A stretch of DNA of 60,680 nucleotides, filler included, from Dugesia japonica (Eukaryota): NCBI GenBank assembly GCA_001938525.1. It is 6 parts of 6 records of this genome, joined end to end, with 100 filler letters (N's around TTAATTAATTAA, not from the genome) between each part and the next. Parts side by side here need not be neighbours in the genome. Positions count along the whole stretch, not along the records: positions 32,511 to 41,198 come from MQRL01590369.1; positions 41,299 to 51,605 come from MQRL01606698.1; 4 more parts are not named here. One strand, 5' to 3'. Positions 38,495 to 51,705 of the stretch are shown in pieces. Position 1 is the first letter of the stretch. Every line of letters starts with the position of its first letter. The position numbers were made by a program, and so were the translations under genes. The notes beneath the pieces are model-generated. The model was given only the letters and a program-made list of their open reading frames with translations. It did no database searches and was not told where the DNA came from.

Positions 38495-41134
38495 GTTATA
38501 AGAAACAGTAGAATAAAAGATTGAAGATTTCGAAACAAGATGTAGAGAAGCATTTTCAGAGCCTGTAGACCTTGGTAAAGATTTAATTAATGCCTTAAAA
38601 TATCATAGAATAAATGAATCCGCAATTTAATTTTTTTTAAAAGTTGAAAATTTAGCAGATAATATTCTACGTCACCAGTTAACAAAGGAAAAACTCGTCA
38701 AATTCCTTTTACAATATTTCATGGACAATAAAGAAGTTAAAAAGGAAATTAAAATGCGAGATATAGAAGATGTTGAAAAAATGAAAGAATTTGTAATTAA
38801 AATTGATTGATTGAAAAAAGAAATGGCACCAGAATATGGAATCTCAGCGTTGAAGAAAAGGTTATATATGCAACAGCAGCGCATGAAATTCCAAATTTAA
38901 ATAATCGATTTAGTAAACCAAGATTTAATGGAAATTTAAATCAAAGTAAAAATTATGAGCAGAAATATGGTTCCAAGATATATCGAAGAAATACCGGAAA
39001 TTTTACGAGAGGAAATTATGAACCCAATGTTCAGACTTTCAGTGAGAAAATGTTGGGCATGCAGAGGAGAAGGTCACATACGCTCACAATGTCCTAATAT
39101 TAAATGTTCGTATTGTAAGAATTCCGGACATCTCGGATTTCAATGCCATTAAATTATTGAGAGCAGAAAGAAGACAAATGTACAACAAGCCACGAAGATT
39201 TCAAATGAATGCCTATGATAATGGTGATAATGATGATGCCTGTCCCAGTGATTGAGTAGATCAAGGAGATTATTCAGAAAATGCCAAAGCTCTGATGAAG
39301 GAGGATGCAATTGGAGCTATAAATCTAGATCAACGTAAACAAAGTTTTGAAGCTTAAAAACGAGAATTAAATAAAGTTCCTATACTTATTTATCCAGATT
39401 AATCCGACGAATTCACACTAGATATAGATGCTAGTTTTGACACAATTGGTGGAGTACTATCACAGTTAGATGGACAAGGCAATGAAAGAGTTATAGCTTA
39501 TGGATAAAAAGCAATGAGTAAACATGAATTAGGTTATTGTATAACCATAAAGGAGCTTCTAGCAATATATTATTTTACGGAACATTAAAAACACTATTTA
39601 TACGGAAAAGATTTAAACTTCGAACTGATCACAAAGCCATAACTTTTATGATTAATACAAAAAAACCAATTACTCCAATTATTTAAGTAGTTTGGATATG
39701 ATTATGTAATACAGAAAAGAATAATGTCATTTAAACGCTGACGCAATGTCGAGAAATAATTGCGACACGTGCATTCAATGTCAAATGAATCATGAAAATG
39801 CGAAAAAAGGGAAAATTAAAACAAAAATATTAGCAATTGAGCTTAAAACAAATGGTAATAAATGACAAGAAAACTCTGAATATTATAAAAGGTAACTTAA
39901 AAATGGTGAAATGAATTCAAACTTTAAGTTTTCAAATGGTATAATGACAAATAATAATAAAATTTGGATTCCTTTAGAATGGAGACAATTGTTTATAAGA
40001 AAGGAACACGGATTATTATGCCATATAGAATCTCGAAAAATGGCAGCTCATATAAGAGAAAATTACAATATGAAAGGTCTAGAAGAAATGGTAAAAGAGG
40101 TTACAAAGTTGTGAAAATTGTCAATTAAGAAAAACACAGACAACTAAAACAAAACGAAAAAATTATTAGTATTCCAGCTGATGACATCTTAAGTTATAGA
40201 TTTTGTAGTCCGTTTAAGAAACCATTATATGGAAAACAATACATTTTAGCTATAATTGATAAATTCAGTAGATTTATATCTCTTAATGCAGTTTCACATC
40301 AAGATATAAATATCACTGTTAAGATATTAAAAAATAATTGGATTTTGAAATATTGTGCACCGAGAATAATACATACAAATTGTTGAAAGTCATTCGAATC
40401 AAATCTATTCCAACAAGTAGCTAAGGAATTTAATTGTGAAATCCAATACTCTAGTTCATATAATCATAGTAGTAATGGAATAATTTAAAGACAATTTTGA
40501 ACTATAAGAGATACAACTCATATTAAATTACAAGATAAGAAAAGCAGGACTAGGCTGAAATTTTAACAGAAATGGAATTTATATTGAACACCACAATTCA
40601 GTTTTTGGAAAGATTTACGCAAAGAATGGATTGTTAGGAATGATAAAAACAATGTAAATGAAAAAAATCTAAAGCTTAAAAAAATAATAAACAATTTAAA
40701 TAACTATGAAGATTTCAAAAATTTTAAAAAGAATAATACAGTTAGAAAATTTAATATTGGTGACGAAGTTTTAATTAAAAGAGAAAGTCCAAATAAAAAT
40801 GAAAACATATATGAAGGACCAGCAATAACTATAGAGAAAATACACGATATGAGTTTTAAATTAGAACTTACTAATGGTAAAAAATAATAAGAAAATCTGA
40901 ATAGTTAAAACATTTTAAAAGGGGGAAATGTGAGATATGACTAATAATTTAATATATCATATTGACCCATATATACGTAAATCGACATATGTATGTGATA
41001 GTAGGTGAATGCGTGATTGACTGTTTGAATGTGTGCATGCATAACTGATTCCTCAAAAGCTATATATATTTGTTACAGTGTCATTTTGTTATAAGAATAT
41101 ATATTTTATGCTTAACTCTATTTTCAAATCTAAC

Positions 41135-41135
<1 letters not shown>
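38495..41135 (+). mobile_element. Decayed, internally deleted Gypsy element (gag CCHC, RNase H, integrase, PPT, 3' LTR 40929-41135)
   Basis: CWACRGEGHIRSQC and CSYCKNSGHLGFQC; LDIDASFDTIGGVLSQ; TDHKA; H.LLCH; IDKFSRF; YEGP; AAAAGGGGGAAA|TG...CA followed by (ATA)n. Confidence 0.88.
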
Positions 41136-41198
<63 letters not shown>

Positions 41199-42359
41199 NN
41201 NNNNNNNNNNNNNNNNNNNNNNNNNNNNNNNNNNNNNNNNNNTTAATTAATTAANNNNNNNNNNNNNNNNNNNNNNNNNNNNNNNNNNNNNNNNNNNNTA
41301 CAACTCAAGTGTTAATTTTTATGGAACCAAATAACAAAATAGAAGATTCTGAGGAAACTACTTACAATCCTAGACAAAATATTTTTTAATTAACATAAAT
41401 TTGATTTAACGTTAATTTTTAACTTTATATTTATTAGGTAGTGGGCATACAGACCCATTATACAAAACAAAATCGTTTTCAGCTAATATTTATTGAAAAT
41501 TATAACAATGAATACAAATATAATTTGGGCAAAATATAAAAATCTTCAGTAATGATTAGGTAACAATTCAATAAAATGATATAAAATAAACTTGACATAA
41601 TCCAAACTGAAAGTATTCCATATTTTTACCAAATTAATTTAGAATTTTCACCAATAATTTCCAGTTGGTAATTAAATCAATTCTTCCAAGAATAATTCTC
41701 CATAATCAATTAATTCAGATATCCAACAAAAATCTTCAATAATCAAATGATATTATCTTCGAATGAAAATATCCAATAATCAATTAACTCCAATATCCAA
41801 CAAAAATTTTATAGAAAGGGGCTTGAAATAATAAATATTGTGTAACTTGCTGCAAATTTCTTACTAACTCCTTAAACTTAATATTCAAACTAACTAGTTT
41901 TACTAAACAATATCCAATTTCAATAAAAAAATAAAGATAATTAAAACTATTTGTGAGTGTGTTTTAAAAAGCGAGTGGAAATTTTTGTGTGATTAGTGAT
42001 AATTTTTATTTAAAAAATCTTTGTTTTCAAAAAAGAATTAAATTATAGATTAAAAAATTTAATAACGAATATTTGAACTAATATTTTGAAAAATAAATTA
42101 AAATAAAATTTATTTTCAATTGCATAGATCAAAACGATGTTTTTCTATTTTCATAGATTGTTCAATATTTTGGCTCTGCCTTCTTCAGGAACTATTGCTC
42201 AATTCATTTTGGTTATAAATGTTTAAATAGAAACAACACAATAGAAACACAATAAAAATACATTGCACTATTTTACCGAAATTATGTTCAATAAATTTGA
42301 AATTTAATGTTATGATTGGTGATCAATGAAAATTAATTTTAATCGGATTTATTTAACAA

Positions 42360-43786
42360 GATGAAAGCATACCAGTGTTAGTTAATACAGATTTCTTAAC
42401 AGAAGTGAACAATACCAGCATAGCACAGGTAGTTATCCGAACTATAATTGAGGTGAACTTCAATGACGTTGTGGCATTTGTCACAGATAATGCAGTTTAT
42501 ATGAAAAAATGTTTTCAGCACCATTTGCGAGGAATATTGCCAAATGCCGTTCAGATAACATGTTTGGAGCATATTTTGTCATTAGTTAGAGAAGAGTTTC
42601 GTGAATCACTTGAACTTTCTGATAAGCTCGCTGCTTCTGTCAAGGCCATCTTCTGCAAAGCACCAGAACGCCGTGCTAGATATCTTCATGATCTGCGACA
42701 AATGAATGTCGAAAAGGCAATCATGCCGACGACTCCAGAAATCACAAGATTGAACTCTTGGTTCGAGGCCGAGAAATATCACGCTGAATATCTTGACCTT
42801 TATATATCATTCGTTGCTGCTGAAATCGAACACAGTGGAGCTACAATAACGTTAAATAAGCTTTCAGCGTTGCTGCAAAGCACTGATACATTGAACGAGC
42901 TAAGAGCTGAACTTTAAATTGTATGTGTTCACTGCCAGCCAATTATGAGCTATTTGACTTCTTTTGAGACAAAGTCATTCATGGCTGTCGATGTCTTCAA
43001 TAAAGTGTCTGACTTATTGTCTTTTCTGAAATCCCCCAAATTTTCCCTTGCAACGAGCAGCTGTGAAGATGCAATGCGTAATGCTGGAACTAAACTTACA
43101 GAATATGTGTATGGAACCAAAAAGCCAGCAATAACTTTATTTAGATTTGTCAGAATATTTGAACCAGGACAACTACCACTCTTATCAAAGAATTTTACAG
43201 AATATGTACAATTAGTTCTGGCAATGAGAGATGTAGCGGATGAATGCCAAGCTTATTTAGACATAGAATCTCGTGAAGTAATCCATGCTAATATCAATGA
43301 TTTTTGGCGTGCTTTAGAGAACAGATTGCCTCACTTAGCAAATACATAGCGTTGCCGATCTCTTCTGTTGATTTTGAACGTTCATTCTTGAAATATGGAT
43401 CGGTAATGTCGCCACTAAGGTATTCTCTGTCACAGCAAAACCTAAGAGCCTACAATGCCATTTACTTTATTGATAAATAATTATTGCAATTTTTTTAATT
43501 TAAATTGATTTGAGTTCTTTAGCTTTTATATTTCACTGTGAAATTATTATTAGTAATTTATTGCGTAATCTAGAACATTACGTCATCTCCAGTGTGCCGC
43601 GGTACGCCGCGGTGTGCCGCGGAATATAATAAAATTTTAGCCGCGATAAATCGTGGGCCCTAATGATCAGTGATCACTAAATTTATTACACATATTACAT
43701 AATTTAAAGGTTGAATTACACAATTTCGCTGCGCGCTTGTGAAATCAGCGAATTCCGCGGCGTGCCGCCGTAAATCGTGGGCCCTA
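42360..43786 (+). mobile_element. hAT element 3' half: transposase remnant (DUF659/CGGBP-like) and two GC-rich right ends
   Basis: FVTDNAVYMKK, ITCLEHILSLV (CxxH), TRLNSW, FW...LP.LA, P.SSVDFERSF. Ends AAATCGTGGGCCCTA at ~43662 and ~43786. Confidence 0.85.
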
Positions 43787-43794
43787 CTTATTAC

Positions 43795-46700
43795 AGTTAA
43801 AAGACTTGAACTTTCCATAAGTATTTATTAAAATAAAAACTATTTATTAATAATGAATTATTTAAACAAATAATATCATTTAATATTAACAAATTTAAAT
43901 CTTAATATCATTTTATAAATGATGTTTAACTGCTCTCTCTCTCTCTTTAATTTTGATTTTCAATTTTCTTTAGCAATTCAAGTCTTCTTGGTTTAAACTG
44001 TCCTGCATAATCTAGAAGCACCTGATGTGGGCTTATACATTTACTAATTTTGTTAGGACCCTCATACCTGAAACCTTCTTTATTTAATTTGGGTGGTTCT
44101 ACTTTCAATAATACTTTTTCCCCTTCTTCAAAATGTCTGGACGAACGTTTGTCACATTGGTATTTGCTTAAGTTTTGAGCTGCTTTCTGTAAATTTTCAT
44201 CTGTCAGTTTTTTTCATTTCTTTGTGTTTCGGATTTCTTTCTTGTGGTAATCCGTGTAAGACTTTCCTTCTTCCAAAAATAATTTCAAAATGAGAGAGAC
44301 CCGTCAATTTTTGTTGTGTTGCATTTATTACAAACTGAATTCGTGGAAGTAATTTATTCCAACTTGATTCCGTGCAGCCGTTTTTTATCGTTGTTACCAT
44401 CATATCTCGAAGTGTTATAATATTTCTTTCTGCTAAATCATTTGATTGAAGTTGATATGGGGACGAAAAAACTTGTTGAATCTCAAATTTCTCTGCAAGT
44501 GACCGCATTAACCTTCCTTCAAATATTTTTGCTCTCTCAGTCAAAAATGATTTTGGCTTACCAAAATGATATATCCAGTTTTCCTTTATTGCCTCAATTA
44601 CCAAAGTTTCATCCTGTTTACTTAACGCTACGAATGAAACTAACTTACTATATCCGTCAACCCTGACGAGAATAAATTTTGTTTGGTTTTCACTTCTGGG
44701 AAGTAAGCGATATCCATGATAACCTGTTCTAGTAGTCCAAATTCTGTTCTTGGAATAAGAAATTCCTTTGTTCTCTCAGTGTATGTTTTATGCATGTTAC
44801 ATATCATACATTTTTTAGTTGATGTTCTACGTTTCTTTGCATATTTGGCCAAAAATAACTTACACTCAAATACTCAGTCAGTTTTTGGCCTCCCACATTA
44901 CATAACTCATCTTGTATAAAATCTATAAGGTCATGTATCGATTTCCCTGCCATTACAATTCTTTTCTTGTCTCCTTCATTGATAATCAGTATCTCATCAT
45001 CCAAATCAAACTTTTCCAGTTTGGAAAAATATTTACTTTTGGTGACCATTGTGCTGAGCTTATTATTTATCATTCCACTTTTCATATATTCAATGATTTC
45101 AATTGTATCATTTCTCTATACTTCTTTAATATGGCTTCTATCAAAGTTTGTTTTGTCTAAATTGTTGATTCTTTGAACTCCAGATCGTTCTGCTTTGGCA
45201 TCTTGATATATAGTCTGACATTGCAAACAAAGACTCTCTCCTATCCCTGAAAGTCCATCGGCATTTCCACGAGCTGCTCTTTTTCGGAATTTTAGTTCAA
45301 AATTAAATTCTGCTAGATTCGTTATCCATGTTCGAAACTGAGAACTAATTGGCTTACTAGTCTTCGTCATAAAAGTCAATGCTTTATGATCAGTTCTTGC
45401 TCTAACTTTCTTGCCATACAAATAGTGTTTAAAATACATCATAAACTCATGTAAAGCTAACAATTCCTTGCGAGTAACGCAATATCATTTTCGTGACTGT
45501 TTAAAGTTCGAGAACCATATGTTATGACCAGATCTAATACATTATCCGTTATTTAACTCAAAACCCCCCAATTGCTCCAAAACTAGCATCCGTATATAAT
45601 ATCATTTCGCCTCTAATATTTGGGAAAGTCAAAATCGGAGAACTACACAATTTTATCTTCAAAGATTGAAAACTATCCTCGCATTCATTTGTCCATTCAA
45701 TGTTCTTTTCTTATCCTATCATCGCTACATACAATGGTGTTGCAAGTAAAGCATAATCTTTACGTCTGTAATAATTTGTTAATCCTAAGAACGGTCGTAT
45801 TTGCGTGGCACATTTTGGCATTACGGTTTCATTATATCAATAACTCTGATAAATTTTGGACAAATATTTTTAACAATTACTACTTTTTTCTCTTTTTACT
45901 TCCCATTCCATTGTAATTTCAGTTTAGTTTTCCCGATACATATTTCTCTTTTTTCAGAAAACACTCCTGCTAGAACAATGTGTGACGACGATAGATCAGG
46001 TGATCTAATTCTTCTCAACACATCCGCACTCATGACTGATGCTGCTGCTCCTGAATCCTACAACTTCTCAATGTCATATCCATTGGAACGCATTAAACTC
46101 TATTTTCTTCCATCTCTCTTCTGAAACCTCTTTACATCATCGAAGATCAATTTTTCATTTCGGAGTATTTTCTCTGTTATTGCAACCTCACTGAGGAGAT
46201 GGATGGAGTAGTTTGTTGATCGTTTTTTTATCATCATCGTCTAAAAAAACATCGTGAATATACTCAATTTGTTCACCACTGTAAGATAACATATCATCTT
46301 CTTCTGTAATACATAATATCTTCGGAAATTAAGAATTTCTCATTCGGATAATTGGACAATCTCGAAAATTATGACCTTCTTTTCTACAAATTAAACATTT
46401 GTCTTTTAATGGGCAATTCATTCCTCTACGTATCTCCACTGCAGAAATATGCTACCAGTGCTAAAACGTCTTCGCGCGGAGGATTCTTTCTTTTGGTTTT
46501 ACAATAAATTTATTTGGCTATATACTTCATCGAGTATTGAGAAAAACTATTGTTTTGGGCCCGTTTTTGGGTCTGAATTTTATTTGCACAATACTGATTC
46601 TCTTTGAAAACAATTGGTCGACTTCTTATACTTGGATCGTTTTGAGTATTCATTCTTGAATAAGTTTTGAAAACGTTGACTGATACTCATCTTTCTTCGC

Positions 46701-47454
46701 TGTATCTACATAGCTGCTTTTTTTTACCACATTAACAGAATATGCCGGTATCAATTTATCCAAATTGTTAGCTAATTCTTGTCTTTGCATATCAGTAAGT
46801 TTTGGTTGAAGAACAAAAGATTCCTTAAATTTTTCGCTTCTTACATCATTAATTACAAATATTGATGCAATTTCATCTAGAGTTTTTTAAAAAAGCAAAA
46901 ACTTCATTTACTATTTTTCTTACTCTTAACTCAAAATTACAATATTTTTCAGTCGGAATTTGTTTGATCTTCGACAAGTGTTATTTTATTCATTAGAGTC
47001 TCTGAAATCACAAATAATTCACGAAACCATTTTTCGCAGACTTCATTCGTCAAAATTACATCTTCTTTGCATTTTCACCCATAATTCTTTCGCATCTCGT
47101 CTCATTAAAATATCAAACGCGAATGATAGCTCCATTTGATTACAAGCAGCAAATTATTTGGTCGTTTGAATCTATTCATCAGTCGCTTCAGATAAACCCT
47201 TGACAAAACTTGGTTTTGGGATAAGTAATTTTTGTGTTAAAAATGGCCGATTTGCAAAAATTTCTTGGCGATCATCTTTTTCTTTTTTCGTCAGTACGCT
47301 TATTTTGGCATGGTCAGCAGTTAAAAGACTTGAACTTTCATAAGTATTTATTAAAACAAACACTATTTATTAATAATGAATTATTTAAACAAATAATATA
47401 ATTTAATATTTATAAATTTAAATCTTAATATCATTTTATAAATGATATATAACT
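43795..47454 (-). mobile_element. Gypsy LTR retrotransposon with both LTRs (43795-43931, 47319-47454), 5-bp TSD ATTAC, internally deleted and decayed
   Basis: LTRs run AGTTA...TAACT, with ATTAC at 43790-43794 and 47455-47459. A polypurine (GA)n PPT abuts the 3' LTR. ORF pieces show RNase H (TDHKAL, NADGLS), integrase (SSPY..QSN..AER) and CCHC. Confidence 0.93.
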
Positions 47455-47519
47455 ATTACTATCCTAATGTTAGAAATCTAACTATTGGAAAGATAGTTTT
47501 ACATAACATGTTTAAATTA

Positions 47520-47800
47520 TATAAAATAAAAATTGCTTAACTTAATATCTGACACAATATATTATAAGAGCCAACAAGTGTCGACAGGAATTAATGAATA
47601 AATAAGTTAAGAAACGTTTCCTCGCAATTGCATTCATTGATTTAGTAGAGACAATTAGTAGAATACTAATTATTATGTACTTATTTAATATCTTTATTTT
47701 ATGTCAGAAACGTATTCTTGCAATTGTATTCATTGATTTAATAGATACAGGTGGTAGGATATTAATTTCGCTAACCCGGATAGTATGTATTTATTTCATA
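47520..47800 (+). repeat. Repeat also present at 49235-49440
   Basis: Both share TTATAAGAGCCAACAAGTGTCGACAGGAATTAATGAATA...CTCGCAATTGCATTCATT. Confidence 0.8.
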
Positions 47801-48612
47801 TCTTTAGGTTGATAAATATCATTTTTTTTACTATTACAACTTTTGCGAGAATAATAATTGATTTTGTTTGAGATTTCATTAAATTAAAAGCATCGATCGT
47901 ATAAGTGTGTTTTGAAAAGCGGATTGAAATTTATGTGTTTTGGTTGAAAATCTTTTTCTTAAAATCTTTTTTAAAAATTAAAATATTGAAATTGGTAAGA
48001 AATTAAGTCGTTAAAAACATGAAAAAGGAATTTTGGGCAAAAATTAGAAATCAGTTTAAATATTTTTATAAATAATTTATTGTACACTTTTTTTAAATGA
48101 CTGATAAATTAAAATATTTTATTTTAACATTTTAGGAATATTTAGATTCAATATTTTTTTGAAAAATTTATTCGTAATAATTGAAAAATTTAATAATAAA
48201 ATAAATATTTTATTTTAAGTTTTAATAAATTAAAAAGATTGAGATTTCCAAGCAGTATTTTAATTTGTTTGAATAAACTAATAATGACGGTCATTGTTTT
48301 TGTACAGTGAATACATCTTTAATGGAATCACTTTGTGAATTCAATTCTTCGACGAGTACTCAAAACTCATTTAATTTATTTATTTTTAATACTTTAATAA
48401 TTTTTTAGTTGTTAGTAATCCGAATTTTTTACTTTTGTCTTCTTTAAGAAATAACTTTATTCGAATTTTTTTGTCTTTTCAGAAATTAACTTTTAATTTT
48501 CTAATATCTATTTCCTAAAAATATATTTTTGATCAATGAAACTTTTGACAATTGATTCAATATACTATTTGTGTCAGAAACGCAAAAAATATCCAACTCC
48601 ATATTAATACTA

Positions 48613-49790
48613 CCGTCTTTTCGAGTGTACAACGCGCGTGCGTTATTTATAAAAAATTTGTCCTAAATTAAAAATATTTTATTAAAAAATAAAATTCTCA
48701 TAATTAAAATAACACAGAAATTAATTGTATTGAATTTATTAATTAATTGTTTTAATGTTATATTGGGTTTACATTTTGAATTATAAGTTTTTTCGGCTAA
48801 TGGTAAAAAGAAAAATGTACACTATTCAGGAAAAGTTAAATATTATCATCATTGTGGAAACTTCTGGTAAAAGTTTAAGATCGTTATCAAAATAACCGGG
48901 TATTAGTGAATCAACAATAGGAGGATTGGTTTCTGAACAAATGAAGTTACAATCCATGATCACTTATGAATCTATTAAAATTAGAGAACGACATCATATT
49001 GGAGAAACACTAATCTTTGTGAATTGGAAAATCAACTTTATCTTTGGGTTAATGAACGCAATGAAAAATAGCTAACCGTCACATATAAATATATAATTAT
49101 TTATGCACTAATGATAAGAGATTAAGTGACTAGATAAAATGATGAATTAATTAGTAATGCAAATGATTAAAAGGAAATTTGTATTGACAAATCAAATTAT
49201 GAACTGAAACTATTTGAAGGATAAAATAAAAATTGATTAATTTAATATCTGGAACAATATGTTATAAGAGCCAACAAGTGTCGACAGGAATTAATGAATA
49301 ATTAAATTTAGAAACGTTTTCTCGCAATTGCATTCATTTATTTAGTAGAGACAGGTAGTAGAATAATAATTTCCCTAACACGGATATTATGTATTAATTT
49401 AATATCTGTAATAATTTTAAAAAAACGTTTTCATTCAAACTACTGTTAGAATACTTTGAGAAAATTACAAGCAAATTGCTGTGGAAATCTTTTTTTAGAA
49501 TTTTCTGAGTTAATCAAACGATTAGGAATCAAGGATGAGAATATTTTGGATAATTTGAACAAGAACCTGGAACTAAAGTTACAATAAAAGGGGCAAGAAA
49601 TGTTTTCTTGAGTAAAGCATTCAACAGCCTCTAAAAATAGATATAAACACCTACCATTTCGGTTAACGGAAAATTCATCCAACACCACCTCCTTTTCTCC
49701 GGACTAAAAAATAAACCAGTAGTCGTAGCCGGGTTTTATGTTGATGTTAATAAAACTTGGATGAAGTCTTAAAGCCTAAAAGTGAAACCT
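48613..49790 (+). mobile_element. pogo/Tc2-like DNA transposon remnant (CENP-B-type HTHs plus start of DDE_1), interrupted by an insertion at ~49200-49440
   Basis: TA|CCGTCTTTTCGAGTGTA end; MVKRKMYTIQEKLNII; ELENQLYLWVNERNEK; KVTIKGARNVFL..TASKNR...ISVNGKF...LLFSGLKNKP. Confidence 0.65.
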
Positions 49791-51581
49791 GAATTTTATA
49801 GAAAACGTCTCGATTAGTTGACTAATAATCTCACTAGTTATTCTTAATTGAAATCATTTCTGCTATTAACGGAAAAAACTTTTAAAAAAGTAATAAATAA
49901 TTTTTAAAAATAAGAACAAAATTAAAATCCAAAAAAATTTCATACAAATTAATGCTAAAATATGAAATTTATATTCACAAAATAAGATTAAATTAGAATA
50001 TGCATGGTTTACTGCATTTTCAATACAAAAATACGTCTCTAAATACATTGAAAATTATATGAGAAAAGGTTTTTTTTAAATTTCGAACAAGCTTGACTCT
50101 TTTGTGTGTGTGTGTGTATGATTTGTGATGAAAGTTAATTTGTCATCAATTTCTATCGGTTATCACGAACAACCGATTTTGCATGTGTGAAAAATACTAT
50201 CTAAATAAATTTACATTATTTTACGTTTTGCATAATTTTGCCGAAGATAATAGTTGTATTATTTATTCGATTTATTGATGCGTCTGAACCGTAAATTAGA
50301 CATGTTTTTTCTGAAAACTTTGACTCAGGCTTTACAATTATTTTTTTTATTTTTTAAAATTTTTTTCCCTATTCAATATATGATTTTAAATTTTTCTTGT
50401 TCTTCTTCGTCTAAAATTCATGATTTTTCATTTTTCAGTTATTATTTCGATAATTTTCTATTTTCCATTATCTTTTCTTTATTTTATTATTGTTTCTTTT
50501 TTATATTTATAATTAAAATATTCCATTAATTTAGAAATGATTTATCACAAAAAAAACTGATTAAGAATTAAATTAATCTGGAAATTTTATTATTGAAACA
50601 CTTTATTATTGCGCATTAAATGAATTTCATTTCAAGGAATAAATTCGACTCAAATGCGTAACAAGATGTACAGTAATGAACTGGGAGAATGATAGAAGTC
50701 CTTTCAATCTCTTCCGGCTTGAAAAATGACTATGGAAAATAAAGCTAAAGTAAGACAGGAAAAGAACAATTTAACAGAAATTGAAGAATTGTATAAAACA
50801 TGGAAAGAATTAGCTAATAGCAGAGTTCTTTAATTTTAATTTAGAAATATAATATGCAAGATAGTTTGATGTTTAAATATTTTACCATGTGTAATTTGGT
50901 AATAATGAGATCAATAGAATCACAAACAATAAAACAAGTATGTTTACATATAAAATATTCCTAGATAAACACGCAGCGCATGAACAATCGCATTTCAAAC
51001 TCGACCAAGGTTAATGGAGAAGAATTTTTAAATTCAGATCAATATCAACTACCAAAATATCTTAGTGCTGTAGGAGTTTTACAATTGATTGTGGCAATAA
51101 TTCATTATTAATAATTTTCGTTTATGAATATTTGGCAATTCCATTTCTTTTGTGACTAATTATTCTTGTTTCAATAACCACTCATTTGGCAACATATTGA
51201 AATTTTATTGAGTATTAAATTTCTTAAATTATAAAGTAGGAAAAATGAAATTATATATTTAATTGAAATTATAGTAAAAAACTTTCCAATTAAAATGAAA
51301 TTTAATATGAAATTATTTTTTTATTTTAATCAGTGTTTTCAAATTCTATCTAAACTTAAATTTTAGTAAAGTATTTATTTGAACATTCGATTAAGAGACA
51401 GATTATTGTGAGAATGAGATTTCAAATTAGAAAGTAGATAAAGTTTGGAAGCTAATGACAACGATTAACTTGTTGTAAATTTTAATGGAAAATTGTGTTA
51501 AATAAAAATGATCTGATCAAAATTATTTAAATCCCAAAAATCTTAGAAAAAAAACTAGCCCGAAAATTCTCATCAGTTGTC

Positions 51582-51606
51582 AGTAGGTAGATAGTGGCGC
51601 ACTGGN
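51582..51606 (+). mobile_element. Putative Polinton-like terminal motif at contig end
   Basis: AGTAGGTAGATAGTGGCGCACTGG. Confidence 0.55.
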
Positions 51607-51705
51607 NNNNNNNNNNNNNNNNNNNNNNNNNNNNNNNNNNNNNNNNNNNTTAATTAATTAANNNNNNNNNNNNNNNNNNNNNNNNNNNNNNNNNNNNNNN
51701 NNNNN

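Noticed and set aside
9839-51661. Regularly spaced TTAATTAATTAA as a biological repeat
   Set aside because: It is always embedded in fixed-length N runs, so it is an assembly linker.
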